From the IMG/VR virus record IMGVR_UViG_3300042868_011225, positions 1-64,000 of that record: 64,000 nt of DNA, one strand, 5' to 3'. Positions 56,761 to 64,000 of the stretch are shown in pieces; position 1 is the first letter of the stretch, and every line of letters starts with the position of its first letter. Source of the stretch: a virus. Position numbers and translations under genes: made by a program. The notes beneath the pieces were generated by a model. That model was not told the DNA's origin. It did not search any database and worked only from the letters and a program-made list of their open reading frames with translations.

Positions 56761-59457
56761 ATGAGTGATAACCCTAGAGTTAGAGTAATACCTGGTTATG
56801 CAAAAAGAGAGCTTTTTGGTAATGGTATCGAATATAGAAATTTTAGTCCTGACCTAGTTGGTTTACAAATAGCCAGCGAAGGTGGTACTCCATTGTTTAC
56901 AATGGGTAATTTCAATATTACCACAAATATGGACCCAAAAAGTGATAAATTTTTTATCACAAAGAAATTTTCTAATTTTATATCTTTAACTGATTTAGAT
57001 TTAACTCTTGCTGATGCAAATAAGTTACTTACAGATAATGCAGGTGTTCTTCTTAACTTAGATAAAACTAACCTAAAATATAATGCTCAATTTGGTTCTT
57101 TAAGTGAATTTATTAGGATTTCATTAGAAAACATAATAACAAATTGGCCAGCATCTTTATATGTTACAAATTTTGCTTTAGATGCTACCAATAATTCAAT
57201 AATTGGTAACACTTACGATAGTTACAAATACGATAATTTTAGTGATACCGCTTTTTTTAGAGTTAATACAACCTTCATCGTCAATAGATATCAATTAAAT
57301 ATACTTAAAAATGGTAGTATATTAGATACTTTTAATGCTGGTAATAATCTAAGAAATGTAACAGCTAATTATGCAGCTTATGCTGTTTTAATAAACAATA
57401 CCGAGTATTCAGTATTGAATTTTACTGGTGCAACATATTCTACAAATGATTATGTATATTTTAGTGTTAAAGGTGACCCATTTTCAGGTATTTCAACATC
57501 TAATATTTCATATCATATAAAACCCAATAAAATTAAAGAAGAAACATTTTTTAATGAACTACCAGATTTTGAAGCTAATTTATTAAATAGGTTAGTAATG
57601 CCTAAATATACTTCAAAATTTAATTATTCAATTAAATCTGATGGTGGTGTTGTTGTATATGCTTCTGATTCGGTAACTTGGCCAACTAGTGATGGTTATA
57701 ATATTGATTTTGATACCAGCAGTTATGTTGATTATGCAACACAATTATTAAATATAGCAACAAATAACGATTTATCTACTAGTGATTTAATGAATAGAGT
57801 TTTGGTATCTGATTCGATATCATCATTTGATACTGCTCCAATGAATTTATATGATTTGGACCAAGATTCAACTGGGCAAAAAGTAACTAAAACATTAAGA
57901 ATATATGGTAGAAATTTTGATGAAATAAATAATTTTATTGAAGGAATTTCATTTGCAAATACAGTTTCTTATAATAAATTAAATAATATCCCAGATATTT
58001 ACGTTAAAAACTTAGCTAGAGTTCTAGGATGGGAATTAATGACATCAGTGGTTGAAAATGGTTTATTGGCTAGTTATGTTAAAACTGCTAAATCTACATA
58101 TGAAGGGCAATCAGTTGGTTTAACACCAGTTGAAGCTGATATTGAATTATGGAGAAGACTTATATTAAATTCACCATGGTTATGGAAATCAAAAGGTGCC
58201 CGTAAATCAATAGAATTTTTACTTAAATTCATTGGTGCACCAGGAGGTTTAGTTACATTTAATGAATATATCTATAAAGCAGAAGCACCAATAGATATTG
58301 ATTTATTTAAAATTGCTTTGGATTTAAATGGTTTAGATAACACAGATTTATCAATATATCCTATTGATGGAGATGGTTATCCTTACCCGTTGGCTGATAC
58401 TGGTTCTCTTTATTATCAAAACTACGGTCTTTGGTTTAGAGAAACAGGTGGTGCTAATTCAACACAGGATATCCTTACAGGTAATAATCCTCACTTAGGG
58501 CCATATGACGGTGGGTTTGCATATATTAATCAATTTAAAGGGTTAATACCTAATTTTTCTGCAGTTACACTTACTGCAGAAACAATAACAACTGGTACAA
58601 CTGCTTTATTTACAAATTATGACATTGGTACTATTACTAATTATACTGGACCATTATATGTTGATACAATGAATGATGATGGTACTGATATTGGTAACTG
58701 TCTTATTGTAACAAGCACAATTATACCAGACCCAATGCCACAACCATTAGTATCTGATTGTGGGTGCAGCAATCCTGACGATGATGATGCGTTAAGTATA
58801 TGCGTCAAAATTATAGCTGGGGAAGAAACTGCAAATTGTGAAAATGTGGCTGGAATAAAAGAAAGTCCCTTGGGTTATAATTATTTTATATATTATAGTT
58901 ATAATACAGAAGGTGATTTTATATATGATGGTGACGGTAATCCATCGACATATCAAAGTATTTATGCAACTAAAGAATGTTGTAAAGCAAAAGGTGGGAT
59001 ACCAACTATTTATAGTACAATGAATGACGATGGTAAACTATCAAATACTGGTTATGTGTGTTGTCGTGTAGGTGACATAAAAGGAAGTGTATGTGGTTGT
59101 AATGTAGCGTGTAAATGGAAGTTAGTATTTGACCCAATAATATTAAGTGGTGTTAAATATTTAGAGTTTATAAAACCTGATGGTAGTCTAGGTATTACCA
59201 CTCCAGATGGGTCACATTGTCCAGGTGTACCATCAGTAGCGTTCTTAACTGAATTAGCACCTAATATAACAGACCCGTATACTGGTGAAGTAGGGGTTGC
59301 ATGTAGATTAACCCAAGATGGTTTACAAGATTTAGCACAAGGTAATTTTGGTACCATGGCTATATGGATTAAACAAAAAATAGAAGGTAAAGTTAAGTGT
59401 TGCGATGTTGATATGGAAACATATTTGAAATATGCTGAAGCAATAGGTCTTAAATAA
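56761..59457 (+). CDS. Baseplate wedge protein (gp7/P2 gpI-like) with a Cys-rich C-terminus
   Basis: IPDIYVKNLARVLGW...WRRLILNSPWLWKSKGARKSIEFLLKFIGAP resembles the gpI 'KGT' wedge motif. C-terminal CGC and CC clusters. Confidence 0.6.
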   Translation: MSDNPRVRVIPGYAKRELFGNGIEYRNFSPDLVGLQIASEGGTPLFTMGNFNITTNMDPKSDKFFITKKFSNFISLTDLDLTLADANKLLTDNAGVLLNLDKTNLKYNAQFGSLSEFIRISLENIITNWPASLYVTNFALDATNNSIIGNTYDSYKYDNFSDTAFFRVNTTFIVNRYQLNILKNGSILDTFNAGNNLRNVTANYAAYAVLINNTEYSVLNFTGATYSTNDYVYFSVKGDPFSGISTSNISYHIKPNKIKEETFFNELPDFEANLLNRLVMPKYTSKFNYSIKSDGGVVVYASDSVTWPTSDGYNIDFDTSSYVDYATQLLNIATNNDLSTSDLMNRVLVSDSISSFDTAPMNLYDLDQDSTGQKVTKTLRIYGRNFDEINNFIEGISFANTVSYNKLNNIPDIYVKNLARVLGWELMTSVVENGLLASYVKTAKSTYEGQSVGLTPVEADIELWRRLILNSPWLWKSKGARKSIEFLLKFIGAPGGLVTFNEYIYKAEAPIDIDLFKIALDLNGLDNTDLSIYPIDGDGYPYPLADTGSLYYQNYGLWFRETGGANSTQDILTGNNPHLGPYDGGFAYINQFKGLIPNFSAVTLTAETITTGTTALFTNYDIGTITNYTGPLYVDTMNDDGTDIGNCLIVTSTIIPDPMPQPLVSDCGCSNPDDDDALSICVKIIAGEETANCENVAGIKESPLGYNYFIYYSYNTEGDFIYDGDGNPSTYQSIYATKECCKAKGGIPTIYSTMNDDGKLSNTGYVCCRVGDIKGSVCGCNVACKWKLVFDPIILSGVKYLEFIKPDGSLGITTPDGSHCPGVPSVAFLTELAPNITDPYTGEVGVACRLTQDGLQDLAQGNFGTMAIWIKQKIEGKVKCCDVDMETYLKYAEAIGLK

Positions 59458-59486
59458 AAAAGATAAAATAAAAATAAATATAAATA

Positions 59487-62400
59487 ATGGCGGATATAAA
59501 AGCGGTAGCAGACATAAGAATAGCTAAATGTCTTACTAAAGATGAAATAGCAAAAACCACTGATGGAAAGGGTTTAGTATTAAATTCTGATGGAACAGTC
59601 AGTGTGTACTATAATAACCCTGACTTGGGGTTATATCCTGTGCAACTAACTCTTGAATGCTGTAAACTATTAGACCCTACTTATACTTTTGATATAAACA
59701 CTCAAACATGTAGATGGGGAAAACCAAAAAATACATGTGGTTTTAGTGAACCTATTAATCTTATTATTAACCCTAAAGAAAATGATGGGACATTATTTTT
59801 TATTGATGATTTCCAAAAAGAAAAATGTGATTTAAAAATTAGTTTTGATTACTTATTAAAAATTAAATGTGAAGATTTATTAAATATTGCTAACCCAACA
59901 GTAGTGACCTATCTTAGAGAAGAAACTAAAACAACTATAGTTAAAACACAAATGGAGATTGAATCTATCAATGCAGATATAGAAACACTTACCAGTGAGA
60001 TTGTTAAACTTAATGAAGAATATTTAGGTACACCATATTCCTTGGAATGTGCTCAATTTCCTGTGGTAATAACAACACCTGACCCAGTAAATTGTCAAGT
60101 ATCAGCATGGAGTCCATTTTCTACATGTGTAAATGGTTTCCAAACACAAACTAGAACAATAATAACACAACCTGCTAATGGTGGTACACCATGTCCAGTA
60201 CTAACTCAAACACAATCATGTACAGTTGTTGAAACAACTTGTGTACGACCAACTACAACACGAATAAATATTTATACAACAATAAATGGTGTTAATATAA
60301 CTAATAGTGCTACATTAGCATGTGCAGCAGCAGCAGGAAATATATCCTCTAATTCTGGACAATCAGTAGAGGTAACTAATCTTGTGGATGGTGGGTATAT
60401 GTATGCGATTAATGGAACTAATGATTGTACGTTTTTTTCTAATGGTTTTTATGTTGTGTTTATAGGAGCTACACGAAAAGCAATTCAAATAACAAATGGT
60501 GTAATTACTATACTTAATTGTACGATAGATACATCAAGAACAACTACAACAACCAAAGCTGCAGCTTTTGATAAATCTGGTTTTAGTGAAATGGCAACTG
60601 ACCTTACAGCGAATTTAGATGTTTATCAAAAAGGTTCAACAACAACATACATATATGTTAATTACTGTTTAACTGACTTGGGTTTACAAGTTTGGGAAGG
60701 TATATTAAATGCTAGTGGTGGAAGCTACCAAGGTTTTATACTAGGTAATCCTAATTCATATACATGTGCTGACGTTATTGCTTTAGCAAATCAAAAAAAT
60801 GCTGCTGACTTATTTAGAGATTGTAAAGTCCCTTTTGGAACCAAATCAGAAATATTGGTTCAAATAAATGAATTAATGTCGCAGTTAAATACATTGCAAA
60901 CACAATTAACTACATTAAATGGTGAACTTGTTATATTGAGAGAAACTTTTGAAATACAATCAACTTCAACAAAAGGTTGTACATCAATGATTGATGCTTT
61001 AGAATCACTAGATGTAGAAATGCATTTAGATATTGTAAATGCCGATAATTCACTTACTAGTGTATTTTCAGCAGCAACATTCCAAGCAATTGATTCAACA
61101 ACCAATTTATATGATTATTTAATAAATAATCCTAACAGTGGTTTTTATATTTGTGGTGACCCTTCAAAAGATAATGTTGGTCTATCTAATTGTACTACTC
61201 TATCTTTAGATGAGGATGTTGAACCAAATGTTGATAGTTGTAATTCAATAGTTGAAGATTTGATTGATGCTTTAAGTTCAGTACCTGGTGCGGATATAAA
61301 TAATATTCCGTATAATGCTTTTGCTTCTCAATGGTTAACTTATTCAACAGTTATTAGCGACCCAAAAATAATAGGTTTAATAACGAATAAAAAAATAAAA
61401 ATTAGTTTTAAGATTAATTTTTCATGTGTTGATTTTTGTCTATTATTAGATAATTTAGTATTGGATAAATCATGTAGAAGTGTTGACAGAAACGACATAA
61501 CAATATCACAAAATCCAGGATTTGATTTACAAAGAGTAATCGATAATAAAAAATCATGGATAGACAACACATCACCAACCAACAGAGAGTTCCTTATTTC
61601 AAAAAGCAACGGAAACAATCCTATTAGACAAACTGATTATGATGTAAATGATGAAAGACTTGTAATCAACTCAAAAGAAATTGATTTGGACATATGTGTT
61701 GCTTCAGCTATAGAAACTGACGTATGGTGTTATTTAAATGACAATCCATGTGCTTTGACAGATGAATGTACTAGTACAATAGCTAGCACAGACAATAATC
61801 CATATATAGATGGGCAAACAATAGTATTCTCAGGAACACCTATAACAATAGCTGATTGTACTGATTATAATGGTATATTAGCAAATACAATGGCTGAGTT
61901 TATTCAAACGACTGAGTGTGGTACTATTTTACGTTTTAAATTTAAAACAACAGCAGGATTCCCACCAGCTTTAATTGTTTATTATTATTGGTTAGTGCAA
62001 CAACCTAATGGTGATGTAGAATTTTATTTTCAAAATTCTACAACATTTACCAACCTATCTAACGTATATCAAAATGGTAGAGAGTGTTGTGAGTATTTAA
62101 ATATAGACTTAAAAACCTATAATAAAGCTGCTAGCCAACCTGATGACTTTGAAGTTTATTGGGATGAGGATTGTCAAAGATGTAAAGTTCAAAAAGCTAA
62201 ATGTGGGGATGTTAATTTAAATTTACATACACTTGTTACAGAACCTATTTCAGGTGTTACAACAGTTGAACAATTTGAAAATCTTATGACTGGTCAATTT
62301 ATTGATGCTAAAAACAGACAAACAATATCATCATATCCAACACTTAGAGCAATTTATGAAAGATATTTAAATAGTTCAGAGCATTGTAGTACAGTTAGTT

Positions 62401-64000
62401 CAGCATTTGATTATCAAAATATGGATAGATTTTCTAATCTAATTGGAAACTATTGGATTGATTTGATTGAACAAGTAGTTCCATCAACAACTATTTGGGG
62501 TAGTGTTAAAATATATACAAACACAATATTTGATGAGCAAAAATTCAAATATAAATCATACAGTACTTTATTATGTAACAACCCATTTATTGGTGAACAC
62601 GTATTGAGTCCAATCAATGGAGTTAATGGTTTATCTCAAGGGGTTAATGTTATATCTACGGATTTAAGGGGTAGTAAAAAAGATACCCCTGATTGGTATA
62701 CGTCTAATTCTGCTGGTGAACTAGTATTGTTACCAGCATCAGAACGACCTACACAAGCAATACCAAGCGGTATTGTTTTAGATGAAATTAGACCTAGACC
62801 AAGAATTAAGAATCCTGTAAAAGTATGTAATAATATGTATATTGCACAAATGAATTCTGGTTCAGAATTTATAAGTTATTTTAATATACCACAACCAATA
62901 ATTGTAGACCCTGAAGAGCCAGTACCATGTGTTTATTGTACTGATAAAAATATTGATTTATTAAGTCAACAGCGTAATTTAGGTTACATGGTTAATAGTT
63001 CAAACAATACTAAGGTATATGTTATTGATTTTGGTGGTGAGGTTTTAGTTATTGACACATTAACAAATACTATTACTAATACAATAACAGGACTTGGATA
63101 TGGTACTCCTTATATGGTGTGTCACCCAACAAATAATAAATTATACGTTATTAATAACAATAATGGTACGGTTATAGTAATTAATACCCTTACTAACACA
63201 GTAATAGGTTCACCTATTACTGTAGGAAGTTATCCTAGGACAGGTATGTATGTAACATATAATAATTACATTTACGTTACAAATTCACAGGACGATAATG
63301 TTAGTGTTATTAACACAGCAACTGATTCAGTAATTGCAACAATTCCTGTAGGTATTGGTCCAGATAAAATGGTTTATAATTCTGATTTAAGGTTATTATA
63401 TGTTATAAATACAGGAGGTGACGGGGTTAATGAAACAATAACTGTTATTGATGTAGTAACTAATTTAGTTATTACAACAATATTAACAGGAGGCGTAGGG
63501 TTTATGAATACTTTATCGGCTATTTATGTAGCATACAATCAACATTTGTATGTTTATAATAAACTTGAAGGTAGAATATTTGTAATTGATACAACTACTA
63601 ATAATATTATTAACACAATAAATGTTGCTGATATTACCTCAGATGAATTTATTTATAACCCATCAAATAAAAATTTATATTTAACTGGTGGAGATGATTT
63701 GTATGTTATCAATACAGTAAATGATACAATATTAACTACACTAAATGTAGGTGGTTCGGGTGGTGTTTATGCACCATCAAACAATAATGTTTATATTGGT
63801 TATGGAGAATTAACGAGAGTAGATAATTCAAATACAATTATTGAGGTTAAAACTTTATATCCTAAAGCTGTATATGGTATATTTAACCCTAGTAACGAAT
63901 CAATTTATGTTTCTGGTCAATTTGGTATCAACATAATTTGTGTTGGTGATAAACCTACATCACAAACAAATATAACAGAGTGTACTTTAGAGGTTGCAAT
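59487..64000 (+). CDS. Very large Cys-rich virion protein, 3'-truncated and absent from the ORF track; coiled coils, thrombospondin type-1 domain, YVTN beta-propeller
   Basis: ATG 59487 (MADIKAVADIRIAKC...). No stop in the segments translated by hand; its absence from the track fits an ORF running off the window. TSP1 at 60084-60221; about 8 YVTN blades at 62980-63940. Confidence 0.8.
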   Translation, partial: MADIKAVADIRIAKCLTKDEIAKTTDGKGLVLNSDGTVSVYYNNPDLGLYPVQLTLECCKLLDPTYTFDINTQTCRWGKPKNTCGFSEPINLIINPKENDGTLFFIDDFQKEKCDLKISFDYLLKIKCEDLLNIANPTVVTYLREETKTTIVKTQMEIESINADIETLTSEIVKLNEEYLGTPYSLECAQFPVVITTPDPVNCQVSAWSPFSTCVNGFQTQTRTIITQPANGGTPCPVLTQTQSCTVVETTCVRPTTTRINIYTTINGVNITNSATLACAAAAGNISSNSGQSVEVTNLVDGGYMYAINGTNDCTFFSNGFYVVFIGATRKAIQITNGVITILNCTIDTSRTTTTTKAAAFDKSGFSEMATDLTANLDVYQKGSTTTYIYVNYCLTDLGLQVWEGILNASGGSYQGFILGNPNSYTCADVIALANQKNAADLFRDCKVPFGTKSEILVQINELMSQLNTLQTQLTTLNGELVILRETFEIQSTSTKGCTSMIDALESLDVEMHLDIVNADNSLTSVFSAATFQAIDSTTNLYDYLINNPNSGFYICGDPSKDNVGLSNCTTLSLDEDVEPNVDSCNSIVEDLIDALSSVPGADINNIPYNAFASQWLTYSTVISDPKIIGLITNKKIKISFKINFSCVDFCLLLDNLVLDKSCRSVDRNDITISQNPGFDLQRVIDNKKSWIDNTSPTNREFLISKSNGNNPIRQTDYDVNDERLVINSKEIDLDICVASAIETDVWCYLNDNPCALTDECTSTIASTDNNPYIDGQTIVFSGTPITIADCTDYNGILANTMAEFIQTTECGTILRFKFKTTAGFPPALIVYYYWLVQQPNGDVEFYFQNSTTFTNLSNVYQNGRECCEYLNIDLKTYNKAASQPDDFEVYWDEDCQRCKVQKAKCGDVNLNLHTLVTEPISGVTTVEQFENLMTGQFIDAKNRQTISSYPTLRAIYERYLNSSEHCSTVSSAFDYQNMDRFSNLIGNYWIDLIEQVVPSTTIWGSVKIYTNTIFDEQKFKYKSYSTLLCNNPFIGEHVLSPINGVNGLSQGVNVISTDLRGSKKDTPDWYTSNSAGELVLLPASERPTQAIPSGIVLDEIRPRPRIKNPVKVCNNMYIAQMNSGSEFISYFNIPQPIIVDPEEPVPCVYCTDKNIDLLSQQRNLGYMVNSSNNTKVYVIDFGGEVLVIDTLTNTITNTITGLGYGTPYMVCHPTNNKLYVINNNNGTVIVINTLTNTVIGSPITVGSYPRTGMYVTYNNYIYVTNSQDDNVSVINTATDSVIATIPVGIGPDKMVYNSDLRLLYVINTGGDGVNETITVIDVVTNLVITTILTGGVGFMNTLSAIYVAYNQHLYVYNKLEGRIFVIDTTTNNIINTINVADITSDEFIYNPSNKNLYLTGGDDLYVINTVNDTILTTLNVGGSGGVYAPSNNNVYIGYGELTRVDNSNTIIEVKTLYPKAVYGIFNPSNESIYVSGQFGINIICVGDKPTSQTNITECTLEVA

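Noticed and set aside
660-61618. The many 60-125 aa alternative-frame and antisense ORFs in the track that lie inside long genes
   Set aside because: They are shadows of biased codon usage in the real genes, with no promoters or recognisable motifs. Only 14378-14683 was kept.
1-64000. Stop-codon reassignment (TAG or TGA recoding) as in some large phages
   Set aside because: Genes are full-length and tightly packed under the standard code. No conserved gene is interrupted by TAG or TGA.

Overview
This is 64 kb of a very AT-rich, large contractile-tailed (T4-like/jumbo myovirus-type) phage genome, coded almost entirely on the + strand. Gene order: (1) tail-fibre/adhesin genes (1-10.2 kb); (2) two tiny minus-strand ribbon-helix-helix (RHH) paralogues missed by the ORF track; (3) tail sheath, putative internal head proteins, tail tube, a tail-assembly/baseplate-hub chaperone pair joined by a probable +1/-2 frameshift, and tape measure; (4) baseplate hub genes carrying OmpA-like, CHAP-like and lysozyme domains; (5) a replication block (gp32-like SSB, UvsX/RecA, 5'-3' exonuclease, DnaB-like helicase, NrdB, NrdA); (6) gp25/gp6-like wedge genes and large Cys-rich virion proteins with SprB, thrombospondin type-1 and YVTN domains. 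The first and last genes run off the window. The host is inferred to be Bacteroidota (Flavobacteria-like) from five (C/T)TTG-N19/20-TAnnTTTG promoters, SD-less A-rich start regions and SprB repeats. A recurrent TATTTAT(A) motif looks like the phage late promoter. No capsid, terminase, tRNA, CRISPR, intron, intein or reverse transcriptase was seen. All family assignments come from motif recognition by eye, not database searches.
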